Part shown: positions 40,461 through 48,738 of the stretch, in pieces | How positions within the stretch are numbered: the stretch's first letter is position 1 | How the letters are laid out: each line of letters opens with the position of its first letter | Origin: an uncultured Mycobacterium sp. | Lineage (GTDB): Bacteria; Pseudomonadota; Gammaproteobacteria; UBA4575 | DNA length: 49,535 bases | Direction of reading: 5' to 3' | Assembly: GCA_964196535.1 (NCBI GenBank) | Contig: CAXMUG010000076.1 | Location: 1 to 49,535 of the forward strand | Position numbers and translations under genes: made by a program | Notes under the pieces: model-generated | Told to the model about the DNA's origin: nothing | The model's database searches: none | The model's input: the letters and a program-made list of their open reading frames with translations, nothing else

Positions 40461-40573
40461 AACGCAATAGCGTTACCCGCTTCCCTCCCTTAGCGGGATA
40501 CAAAGACTCGGTCTCCCCAACCGAGTCATTTTTAGCCCCGGCAATCTAAATGTTTATCCGGGGCGTTTTTTTT
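40461..40573 (+). ncRNA. Candidate envelope-stress sRNA at the Spot 42/ErsA syntenic position (polA-engB gap)
   Basis: The predicted start is about 6-8 nt after the -10 element. Hairpin 1 is 40460-40475 (TAACGC/GCGTTA). Hairpin 2 is 40476-40497 (CCCGC/GCGGG) with the 12-nt loop UUCCCUCCCUUA. Terminator hairpin 40505-40527 is followed by T5. A second GC-rich hairpin at 40536-40563 is followed by T8 (40566-40573). The 3' end could therefore be ~40533 or ~40573. Confidence 0.5.
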
Positions 40574-41186
40574 CATTCTCATCGGCCATCGCTGAATCCA
40601 ACCACGCTCTGATTTTATTTTGAGCTTGGCTTAAGCCCACTTGCTTAGTGGCTGAGAATGTCTGAATGCCACATTCAAATCCTTCTTGCTCCAGTTTAGA
40701 GCTGACTTGAGTCATGGTTTTTACCGTATGATTTCGATTTACCTTGTCCGCCTTGGTCAATAAGATATATAGCGGAAGATGATTTTGGTTTGTCCAGCGA
40801 ATCATAGTCCAATCAATTTCTGTGAGCGGGTGACGTATATCCATCAACAATACTAATCCACATAGCTGCTTTCTATGCATCAGGTAATTCTCCATTAACT
40901 TCTGCCACTGTTGCTGCACTTTGACGGGGGCTTTGGCGTAGCCATAGCCAGGCAGATCAACCAAACATGTGTCTCCATCTAGTTTGAAGAAATTAACTAA
41001 CTGCGTACGCCCTGGGGTCTTACTAGTGCGACACAACGAATTTTGGCGGCAGAGAGTATTGATTGCACTCGACTTGCCTGCGTTTGAACGTCCACAGAAA
41101 GCAATTTCGGCTTTAATGTCATCTGGAAAATCTTTCTCAGAGGAGGCGCTGCGTAAGAATTGTGCTTGTGAAAGCAGGGTAGTCAT
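40554..41186 (-). CDS. engB: Ribosome biogenesis GTP-binding protein YihA/EngB
   Basis: 210 aa. G1 GRSNAGKSS, G3 DLPGYG and G4 TKADK motifs. Confidence 0.95.
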   Translation of the reverse strand: MTTLLSQAQFLRSASSEKDFPDDIKAEIAFCGRSNAGKSSAINTLCRQNSLCRTSKTPGRTQLVNFFKLDGDTCLVDLPGYGYAKAPVKVQQQWQKLMENYLMHRKQLCGLVLLMDIRHPLTEIDWTMIRWTNQNHLPLYILLTKADKVNRNHTVKTMTQVSSKLEQEGFECGIQTFSATKQVGLSQAQNKIRAWLDSAMADENEKKRPG

Positions 41187-41464
41187 TTAGTTGCCTATAT
41201 GGGTGGATATTCAGTAAGTAAGATAGATTTTAACGCGTTTGAGCTGAACAATTACGCCTACAACATTTCTGCTCATTATCAGTGAGTTTTTTTGGTTAGG
41301 TAATAGATCTTATGGTTTGGCTGTTTTGCGACCATCAGTACTATATGCTATACCTGTGAGCAGTTTTGGGCGGGTCTAATTCAATATAAGCTTGAACCCT
41401 ATATATAGTTTAATAACAAAGTCTAGTTACCAATATTAATTTTCTGTAGTTAAGGATTCTATAC

Positions 41465-42106
41465 ATGAAGAGAAAACAGTGTTTGCTAATCGCAGTATTA
41501 ATTTTAGCCGGATTTTATGTGGGCGGTGCACAAGCCGCAGGTGATGCAGAAGCTGGCAAACAAAAATCTGAGCCATGTGCTGCATGTCATGGCGTTGGTG
41601 GAGTGAGTGCTAATCCAGCTTGGCCTAAATTAGCCGGGCAAGGCGAAAAATATTTAGTCGATCAACTGCATCTTTTTAAAGAAAAAGTGCGCGTGAATAC
41701 ACTGATGAACCCTCAAGCTGAAAATTTATCTGATCAAGATATACAAGACATCGCAGCATATTATTCAAGCCAAGCAGCTAACAGCGGTAGTGCGGATCCA
41801 GATAAAGAATTTCAAAGCGAAAAGTTACATGTTATTGGCGAGCGAATTTATCGTGGTGGTAATGAAGAGACGGGCGTGCCAGCCTGCATGTCTTGTCATG
41901 CGCCTGACGGTATTGGCAATGAAGCTGCAAAATTCCCTCAATTAGCGGGCCAACATTCGGTATATACCGCAGCACAATTAAGGTCTTATCGCAGTGGTGC
42001 TAGATATCAGCCTGATGACAATTTGAACATGATGAAAGATATCGCAACCTATTTAAGCGATACTGAAATCGACGCAGTTGCTGAATATATTTCGGGTCTA
42101 CACTAA
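41465..42106 (+). CDS. Dihaem cytochrome c4
   Basis: 213 aa with a signal peptide and two CxxCH motifs (CAACHG, CMSCHA). engB/cc4/dsbA synteny. Confidence 0.9.
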   Translation: MKRKQCLLIAVLILAGFYVGGAQAAGDAEAGKQKSEPCAACHGVGGVSANPAWPKLAGQGEKYLVDQLHLFKEKVRVNTLMNPQAENLSDQDIQDIAAYYSSQAANSGSADPDKEFQSEKLHVIGERIYRGGNEETGVPACMSCHAPDGIGNEAAKFPQLAGQHSVYTAAQLRSYRSGARYQPDDNLNMMKDIATYLSDTEIDAVAEYISGLH

Positions 42107-42245
42107 ACGCTTGCTAGGAATTGAAACCAGGAAATTAACCCGATAAGTTAACAAGATAAGCGGTAGAAATCGTCTAACAATGTCAGAACTACTGTTTATT
42201 ATCAGTGTCTAAATTAGTAACAAACACTCTGCCTAATAATAAAAT

Positions 42246-42956
42246 ATGAATATACACAATCTCTATCGAATTATTTCGAGCGTACTTGCAGGACTAGTTT
42301 TTTCAATACTGTTGGTTACGGCCAATGCAGGCGATGAACACAATCATGAGCCAGTTGCTAATTTTGTAGAAGGTAAGCACTACCATCCCATTAGGCCTGC
42401 AGTTGAGACGGATGTAGAAGATGGCCAGGTAGAAGTGTTGGAACTATTTTGGTATGGCTGCCCACACTGCTTTCAGTTTGAGCCGTATTTGACGGGCTGG
42501 AAAGATACCAAGGCAGACTACATAAGTTTCACTCGTATGCCTGCTGTGCTTAATCGGGGCTGGTTAGCGCATGCACGAGCCTATTACGCATTAGAAACCA
42601 TGGGTGAGCTAGAAAGAATGCACCCAATATTTTTTGAAGCGATTCATGTTCAGGGTAGACGTTTACGCGATGTAGAATCGATGGCACGGTTGCTATCCCA
42701 GCATGATGTCGATGTAGAAAAATTCAAAAGTGCTTATGACTCTTTATATGTAGAGACGAAAATTAATCGCTCGGAGCAGTTAGTTCGTCAATACGGTTCA
42801 AGCTCAGTGCCTACAGTAATCATTAATGGTAAATATCGCACTTCTGCAAGTGATGCAGGTGGCTATGAAAATGTTCTACGCATCATAAATATGTTGGCAG
42901 AAAAAGAATCAAGTTCAGTTGCTGCTGCAAGCTCTACAGAAGAGAGTGCTGAATAG
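42246..42956 (+). CDS. dsbA: Thiol:disulfide interchange protein DsbA (with Ser/Ala/Glu-rich C-terminal tail)
   Basis: 236 aa with a signal/anchor helix. Active site FWYGCPHCFQFEP. VPTVIINGKY (cis-Pro loop). Confidence 0.9.
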   Translation: MNIHNLYRIISSVLAGLVFSILLVTANAGDEHNHEPVANFVEGKHYHPIRPAVETDVEDGQVEVLELFWYGCPHCFQFEPYLTGWKDTKADYISFTRMPAVLNRGWLAHARAYYALETMGELERMHPIFFEAIHVQGRRLRDVESMARLLSQHDVDVEKFKSAYDSLYVETKINRSEQLVRQYGSSSVPTVIINGKYRTSASDAGGYENVLRIINMLAEKESSSVAAASSTEESAE

Positions 42957-43272
42957 TTTGCTAAGTTTATTCTTTGCTGCGAATTTGGGTATCTAATTCC
43001 TGATAGTCGCTAATCAATTTATCGAAATCAATCCGACCACTTCTTCGTGATTCCATTCTAGGCTGTTTATTTCTGAGATTATTAAAAATCTTTCTGACGG
43101 TATCTTTATCTTCCTTGTCCACTTTACGCTACCTTGATACATCCATATTTATGGTCAAGTTATTTTAGGGGATACGTGGCTGACTATGGTCTGGATGTAG
43201 ATAAGAGGGAGGGCCGAGGTGATAGATGGGGTTGATGGCTTTAAATTACGAGCCTAGTTGCAACTTGAAAAG

Positions 43273-43779
43273 TTAATATAAACGTCCACCACTGACGATT
43301 CGTGGTCGCCAAAAATCATCGCTTAAGTTACTCACCGTTACTCGCTTGCCACTTTTTGGAGCATGTATAAATCGACCGTTGCCCAGATAAATTCCAACAT
43401 GCGAAACGCTAGCTTTATTTAGAGTAAAAAAAACTAAATCTCCAGAATGTAATTTACTAAGACTGATGTTCTTTGCGCTTTTATGTTGTTGCAACGATGT
43501 GCGTGGTGTACGGATTCCTAATTTACCGTGTGTGTAATAAACCAAGCCACTGCAATCAAAACCCTTTGGTGACGCTCCCCCATATTTATACGGACTGCCC
43601 AATAATGATTTGGCTAAATCCGCAATTTCATCACCTGTATTAATACTTTTCTGATTACTTTTGGCGGCCGCTACCTTGGTTTTACTTGTTGTCTCACTGT
43701 GTTTAAGTGTATGTGAGCAGGCTATAAGCAAGCCTGAACAAAGCATCAAGAATGTGAATGAGCGAAGTATAGAAAGCAT
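43273..43779 (-). CDS. NlpC/P60 (C40) peptidoglycan endopeptidase lipoprotein
   Basis: 168 aa with lipobox LLIAC. YKYGGASPKGFDCSGLVYY (catalytic Cys) and SHVGIYLGNGRFIHAP (His). Confidence 0.9.
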   Translation of the reverse strand: MLSILRSFTFLMLCSGLLIACSHTLKHSETTSKTKVAAAKSNQKSINTGDEIADLAKSLLGSPYKYGGASPKGFDCSGLVYYTHGKLGIRTPRTSLQQHKSAKNISLSKLHSGDLVFFTLNKASVSHVGIYLGNGRFIHAPKSGKRVTVSNLSDDFWRPRIVSGGRLY

Positions 43780-44004
43780 ACAATAAAAATACCTAAATGG
43801 AACTTGAGTTCAATTTTATAGCAAGCAGCTGAACACCTATAAGTGAGATGGTATAAAGACTAAATTATACTGGATGAAAGCCAGTCATTAATACTTTCAA
43901 CTAAATGAACACAGATATCTCACTTAATAGAGTAATCTCTCTCTCTTTATTTAGTTCAAACTATGAATTAACATAAGAAAAAAACTACTTGGTTGGAGCA
44001 AAGT

Positions 44005-44535
44005 ATGTTATTTCCCCCGATTCCGCAAAATGAATCTAGTCGATTAGTCGCATAGCGTGCACTGGAAATCCTCGATACATCCCCTGATGTTCGCTTTGAT
44101 TGCATTACACGGTTTGCTGCAGAAAAGCTTCAAGTGCCAATCGCACTGATTACACTTATTGATTCCGATCGCCAGTGATTTAAGTCTGCATGGGGAATTG
44201 AAGCAACAGAAATATCAAGAGATATTTCCATTTGTGCTCATGCAATTTGTGAAACTACAAGCAGCCATCCTTGGGAGCGTATTTACGAAATATGTGATAC
44301 GAACGAAGGCAGTCGATTTTTTGATAGTCCGCTTGTGGTAGGTGAACCTTGGGTACGCTCTTATATTAGTTTTGTTTTACAGTCTGATTCAGGAATGAAT
44401 ATTGGCACTCTATGCTTAGTTGGTGCACAACCTAGAAGATTCGATAATGATGAAATTGATTTGCTTATAGAACTTGCATCAATGGCTGAAGATTTAGTGA
44501 ATGGCCGCAATCTTCACCCTAAAACCACCAATTAG
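44005..44535 (+). pseudogene. Stand-alone GAF-domain protein gene interrupted by two in-frame stops (TAG 44053-44055, TGA 44176-44178)
   Basis: The single frame reads MLFPPIPQNESSRLVA*RALEILDTSPDVRFDCITRFAAEKLQVPIALITLIDSDRQ*FKSAWGIEATEISRDISICAHAI...PLVVGEPWVRSYISFVL...GTLCLVGAQPRRFDNDEIDLLIELASMAEDL. This matches the familiar pattern of this GAF family (E.RL.AL..L.ILDT, DRQWFKS, D.SFCAHA, GTLC). GGAG RBS upstream. Confidence 0.8.
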
Positions 44536-44588
44536 CTTACTAATTATTTAAACTGTAATTTGGATTTCAATGATCAGGTAACGTACTT

Positions 44589-46421
44589 TTATAAATCATA
44601 AATCCACGGCAATAGCCATGAATAACTTAGCCACATAATTATCGTGAGTGGTGTGCCGACTTTTACAAAATCCATAAATTTATAACCACCAGCATTCATG
44701 ACTAACAAATTGGTTTTGTAGGCCATCGGCGTGATGTAGCTCATATTGGCGCCAAATAATACAGCCAAGATAAAAGGAGCTGCAGGTTGATCTAGCTGTT
44801 GAGCAATGCTTATCGCAACAGGTGTACCGATTACTGCAGCTGCATTGTTGGAAACAATATTAGTAAGTAATGCCATTAGTAACATTAAACCGCTTAGTAC
44901 AATCGGTGCACTTGCGCCCGCTGTGAGATAAAGAAATACACCGGCTAAGTATTCTGTGCCACCTGTAGCCAGTAGTGCAGCACCCATAGCTAAACTTGCA
45001 ACAACGATCAGAACAATAGGTGTGCTGAGTGCTTGTGTAGCATCACGCCAGTTTAAACAGCCCGTAACAATCAACAACAACACCCCGCACACCGCACTTA
45101 TGGCAATGGGCAGAATACCGAGTGCAGCAGTTGCCACTATGGCAATCATGATCCATAAAGCTAGCAGCGCTTTAGCAGAATGTGGTAGATCTTCTGTGGA
45201 GTCTAATACTAAAAGTTCACCACTTTGTTTCAGTTTTTTCAGTGCTTCGGCTTTACCTTGTACCAATATAATATCGCCAGTACGTAACCAGACTTCACGT
45301 ACACCTGAATGCAGTGTGTCGATGGTTGTACCTGCGTGGTGTAATGCAAGTGGGATAAGTTGATATCGGTCATGAAAACGCAAACGCGAAAGCGTTGTGT
45401 TTTCTAGCGGTGAGCCTTGTGAAACGACAATTTCTGCTAATTGTTGTTGTGAGGTGGACTTTAATTCATCTCCTGCGATGATTTCATTGTTTTTAGAATA
45501 AAGTGTCGCAGCTAGGACGTCTTCATATTCTTTTAATTCTTTTGGTGTGTCGCGAACGAACAAGCGATCACCTGCTTTAATTTCTACATCCGGCAATAAT
45601 GAAAGTTGTGTATCTTCGCCGCGTTGAATACGTTCTACCTTCATCGCGCCACTGGTGAGCTTGATGAGTTGCGCTAGAGTTTTTCCTACTGCACGACTTT
45701 CTTCGGGTATGTGTAACTGTGCTAGAAATACGCGTGGAGAGGTATCGGATAAAGGTGTGTCACGTTCAGAAACAATAAGTGGTGCAATCAGCCACAAGTA
45801 TGCAATGCCAATTACCGATACAATACTTGCTGGCAGTATAAAATCAAACATAGAAAATTTTTCCACACCCATGTCAGAGGCAACGGATACCACTAGTAAG
45901 TTGGTAGAAGTTCCTATAGTAGTGCACATGCCGCCCACCAGTGTGGCAAAGCCCATTGGCATTAACACACCGGAAGGTGAGCGATTAGTTCGTAGTGAAA
46001 CGCTCACTAAAATGGGCAGCAGCAGAACGACTACAGGAGTGTTATTAATAAATGCACTTAACACTGCGCCAATTATTAGCGTTAATAACAAAGATAGTAA
46101 TGGGCTGACTCGCCAGAGTTTTGCAAGTGAACGGCCGATGGGCTCGAGTGCGCCGGTACGTACTAATGCTTGCCCAGCAATCATCAAAGCGCATACCGCT
46201 ATTAATGCCTCGTGACCAAATCCGGAGAATAGTTCTATGGAGTGGAATTTGTTTCCATCAATTTGATATGGAAATAGCTCAAATCCAACCGCCAAGATTG
46301 CGATAACCAATAAGCTAGAAGTTTCTAGTGGTATATTTTCTCGCGTGAACAGAATTAAGGCGATAATGGTTAACAGCAAAATGCCTATGGCATGTGGGTC
46401 TGGGCTGGCTGGGAAAGGCAT
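44589..46421 (-). CDS. SLC13/DASS-family permease with two central TrkA-C (RCK_C) domains (YfbS-like)
   Basis: 610 aa. TM-rich N- and C-terminal halves flank a soluble ~170-aa region with RCK_C-like repeats (GKTLAQL..., VERIQRGED; LENTTLSRLRFHDRYQLIPLALHHAG). Confidence 0.8.
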   Translation of the reverse strand: MPFPASPDPHAIGILLLTIIALILFTRENIPLETSSLLVIAILAVGFELFPYQIDGNKFHSIELFSGFGHEALIAVCALMIAGQALVRTGALEPIGRSLAKLWRVSPLLSLLLTLIIGAVLSAFINNTPVVVLLLPILVSVSLRTNRSPSGVLMPMGFATLVGGMCTTIGTSTNLLVVSVASDMGVEKFSMFDFILPASIVSVIGIAYLWLIAPLIVSERDTPLSDTSPRVFLAQLHIPEESRAVGKTLAQLIKLTSGAMKVERIQRGEDTQLSLLPDVEIKAGDRLFVRDTPKELKEYEDVLAATLYSKNNEIIAGDELKSTSQQQLAEIVVSQGSPLENTTLSRLRFHDRYQLIPLALHHAGTTIDTLHSGVREVWLRTGDIILVQGKAEALKKLKQSGELLVLDSTEDLPHSAKALLALWIMIAIVATAALGILPIAISAVCGVLLLIVTGCLNWRDATQALSTPIVLIVVASLAMGAALLATGGTEYLAGVFLYLTAGASAPIVLSGLMLLMALLTNIVSNNAAAVIGTPVAISIAQQLDQPAAPFILAVLFGANMSYITPMAYKTNLLVMNAGGYKFMDFVKVGTPLTIIMWLSYSWLLPWIYDL

Positions 46422-46588
46422 GATGGGTCCAGGTTAAGTCATATTTAGAGGTATTATGTCGAATAGAATAGTGAGACTACCTAGAAATTTACCCATTTTT
46501 AACTGCTATAGGTGATTGGTTTCATGCCGCGCATTCACTATAATTCTCCACGTTTAAATAAGGTATCAACAACAAATTAGGAGTTTGT

Positions 46589-47074
46589 GTGAAGGATAAT
46601 CAGTTTGCAACGACATTGATGACTATTGTAGGTGTGCTAATAGCGCTCACAGTCGTTATTTTAGTTATTTCAAATACACTCACAAGCACTGATTATTCTG
46701 AAGATAGTCTTGTGCAGGGAAATATTGAAGAACGAATTAAACCCGTTGGCGCTCTAGCTATCGCAGGTGTAACTCCGGTTAATGCAACTGAAAGCACTGA
46801 TGATACAAACGTAGCAGCTAATGACACAGGAGCTAGCAAAAGCGCTGAAGAGCTCTACACAGGTTGTGCTGCATGCCATGACTCAGGTGTGCTTAATGCA
46901 CCTAAACTAGGTGATAATGCAGGATGGGGTCCACGTGTAGTGAAAGGTGCTGATGCACTTTACTCTAGCGCTATAAATGGTATTGGTGGAATGCCAGCTA
47001 AGGGTGGTCGTGCGGATTACTCGGATGACGACATTAAGAAGGTCGTTGACTACATGCTGGAATCGGTTAAGTAA
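46589..47074 (+). CDS. Membrane-anchored cytochrome c5-family monohaem cytochrome
   Basis: 161 aa with a GTG start after an AGGAG RBS. N-terminal TM anchor, CAACHD haem motif, and GGMPAKGG. Confidence 0.85.
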   Translation: MKDNQFATTLMTIVGVLIALTVVILVISNTLTSTDYSEDSLVQGNIEERIKPVGALAIAGVTPVNATESTDDTNVAANDTGASKSAEELYTGCAACHDSGVLNAPKLGDNAGWGPRVVKGADALYSSAINGIGGMPAKGGRADYSDDDIKKVVDYMLESVK

Positions 47075-47111
47075 GCTAACTATTTGTTGCTTAATCTAAT
47101 TGCTATTGAGC

Positions 47112-47544
47112 CTACTTGTTTAGTGGGCGATCATATTGTCGATAACTAATTGCCTCACAGAGGTGATTAGTTTCGAAGCTATCCGAAATATCTAGATCTG
47201 CAATGCTTCGCGCGAGTTTAAGTGTGCGGTTGTAACCACGTGCAGATAATCCTAGTTGTTCAAATGCTTTATCCATGAGTTTGTCGCAGTCGTCATTAAG
47301 CGCACAAAATTTCTCAATTTCTTTGTTGGTCATATAGGCATTGGGTTTATGTTGCCGATTAATTTGCAGCTCTCGCGCAGCGCAAACTCTCGCTTGTACG
47401 TCATGACTTGTTTCGTTGCTATTGGGTGTTTTTTTTAAGCTGTTCTTTAGCAGCACGCGGTACATCAATGTGTATATCTATTTGATCCAGCAAAGGCGCA
47501 TCCATACCCGTTTGTGCACGAGAATAGGCTGTAGCAAGACTCAT
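47112..47544 (-). pseudogene. comM: comM/yifB (Mg-chelatase-like competence protein) remnant with a large internal deletion plus a homopolymer frameshift
   Basis: From ATG 47544 the frame reads MSLATAYSRAQTGMDAP (the ComM N-terminus). This is fused directly to LLDQIDIHIDVPR, a motif normally about 370 residues downstream. The frame breaks at an 8-nt A run (T8 on the + strand, 47429-47436). The shifted frame continues with the ComM C-terminal domain (...DVQARVCAARELQ...GLSARGYNRTLKLARSIADLD...HLCEAISYR). Confidence 0.8.
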
Positions 47545-47586
47545 TAGAAATTATTTTTTTATGAGTTATTACTTATTGTAGTTTAT

Positions 47587-47850
47587 TTATTTTTTATTAA
47601 TTTCTTCTAGGTTGTGAATTCGTTGCTCTAGTTCTTTAACGCGTTGCTGGCTTTTTGATAGCAGCATAACTTGCACATCAAATTCTTCACGAGTAACTAG
47701 GTCTAGGCGTTGAAAAGCGCCTTCAATGGTAGCGCGTGCATTTTTTTCCAAACCTGCTTTTGCCGTTTTTAAATCTTCAGGTACGGCTGAGCTAATTTTG
47801 CGCACGATCTCGCTTACTGTTTGGTCTAAAGCCCCAGTGTCAAATTTCAT
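47587..47850 (-). CDS. ubiK: Ubiquinone biosynthesis accessory factor UbiK (YqiC/BMFP family)
   Basis: 87 aa coiled-coil protein with LDLVTREEFDVQVMLL motif and AGGAGA RBS. Adjacent to comM as in other gammaproteobacteria. Confidence 0.8.
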   Translation of the reverse strand: MKFDTGALDQTVSEIVRKISSAVPEDLKTAKAGLEKNARATIEGAFQRLDLVTREEFDVQVMLLSKSQQRVKELEQRIHNLEEINKK

Positions 47851-47905
47851 TCCATCGTCTCCTATGTCTAAGTCACTAGTTTAACGGAATCATCAAAAAA
47901 AACAG

Positions 47906-47956
47906 CGCACCTTAATAGTGCACCCTTGCTTTTTAAAGGTGCATTATTTTGGTGCA
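47906..47956 (+). promoter_or_regulatory. Two candidate NtrC-type enhancer sites
   Basis: cGCACCTTAATaGTGCA (47906-47922) and TGCAttATTTTGGTGCA (47940-47956). Each matches 10 of 12 specified positions of TGCACC-N5-GGTGCA. Confidence 0.5.
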
Positions 47957-48003
47957 GTTCATTTATATGTAAATAACTTATTGATTTATATGTATTAAAA
48001 AGT

Positions 48004-48019
48004 TGGCACGTGCCGTGCA
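48004..48019 (+). promoter_or_regulatory. Sigma-54 (-24/-12) promoter upstream of the TorF-family porin gene
   Basis: TGGCACGTGCCGTGCA. GG at 48005-48006 and GC at 48017-48018 are separated by exactly 10 nt. The consensus is TGGCACG-N4-TTGCA. It lies 60 nt upstream of the porin ATG. Confidence 0.7.
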
Positions 48020-48078
48020 TTAGTACATGCAGTAGTAAAACTTAAATATAAACAACGCCCTTTTAGGGAGGAAATTAG

Positions 48079-48738
48079 ATGAATAAGAAACTACAGAACT
48101 TTGGTACTTCTACCGTTCTGGTAACCGTTCTGGCGGCAGGCACAGCAGTGCTATCCACTACCGCATCAGCAGAAGCGACGCTTTCAGGAAACGCAGGGAT
48201 TCTGTCTGAGTATATCTTTCGAGGCATCGTTCAAAACGATACCGCATCGGGTAACGGTGGCATCGATTTAGAAGTCGGTGGTTTTTATGCAGGCACTTGG
48301 ATTGCTGATGTGGATGATGGCGTTGAGTACGACCTCTATGCAGGGTATGTACATGAATTCTCAAATGGATTTTATCTGGGCGCGGGTGGTACCAGTTACC
48401 AGTATTCCGACAGCTTTGATAATGAATACAACGAAGCGAATTTTTATGCGGGTTGGTCTAACGATCTATGGTCATTAGATCTTGAATACACCAAAGGTGA
48501 TTACAACGGTGATTTTGTTGATGACAACGGCAACATTGAAGGCGATGAGTATGACTTTATCGCTGCAACCGTTGGTTGGAATGGTGTGTATTTAACCTAT
48601 GGCGCGTTTGGTGATGATGCAGACGATCAACTCGGCGAATATTTTGAACTTGGATATGGTTTTGAAGTTGCAGGTTTTGATGTCACGGCAGCCGTTGTGC
48701 AGACCACCCGCAAGCGCCGGCGTCCATTGATTCATTGA
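48079..48738 (+). CDS. TorF-family putative outer-membrane porin, 3' end replaced at a composition junction (~48685)
   Basis: Signal peptide, then ATLSGNAGILSEYIFRGIVQNDTASGNGGIDL...YAGTWIADV...EYDLYAGY, typical of the TorF/TIGR02001 beta-barrel family. The last ~15 codons (..QTTRKRRRPLIH) are GC-rich and lack a beta-barrel C-terminal signal. AGGGAGG RBS. Confidence 0.7.
   Translation: MNKKLQNFGTSTVLVTVLAAGTAVLSTTASAEATLSGNAGILSEYIFRGIVQNDTASGNGGIDLEVGGFYAGTWIADVDDGVEYDLYAGYVHEFSNGFYLGAGGTSYQYSDSFDNEYNEANFYAGWSNDLWSLDLEYTKGDYNGDFVDDNGNIEGDEYDFIAATVGWNGVYLTYGAFGDDADDQLGEYFELGYGFEVAGFDVTAAVVQTTRKRRRPLIH

Noticed and set aside
42967-43122. Possible 51-codon minus-strand ORF (GTG start; VDKEDKDTVRKIF...ELDTQIRSKE) downstream of the NlpC/P60 gene
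   Set aside because: It has only a weak RBS and a non-ATG start. It matches no recognisable family, and a competing 42-codon frame exists. It cannot be supported without conservation data.
43209-43272. Purine-rich AGGGAGGG tract followed by 12-16-codon mini-ORFs; the tract is complementary to the candidate sRNA loop
   Set aside because: The ORFs are too short and lack support. Eight-nucleotide complementarity to a C/U-rich loop is expected by chance at any strong SD-like sequence.
44159-44341. 60-aa ORF inside the GAF locus
   Set aside because: It is out of frame with the conserved GAF reading frame, so it is an artefact of the interrupted gene.
44005-44535. Alternative genetic code or programmed recoding (TGA read as Trp, TAG read through) to explain the GAF gene
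   Set aside because: TGA, TAG and TAA all terminate well-conserved genes at their expected ends in this window (recG with TGA, hslV and the TRAP SBP with TAG, many with TAA). Simple nonsense mutations or sequence errors are the more economical explanation.
44956-46215. Long + strand ORFs (135 aa and 186 aa) antisense to the SLC13 permease gene
   Set aside because: These are shadow ORFs opposite a strongly supported membrane-protein gene. They are Ser/Thr/Ala-rich and of low complexity. The same reasoning applies to antisense ORFs at 34267-34662, 9633-9944, 10124-10438, 16850-17218 and 25495-25854.
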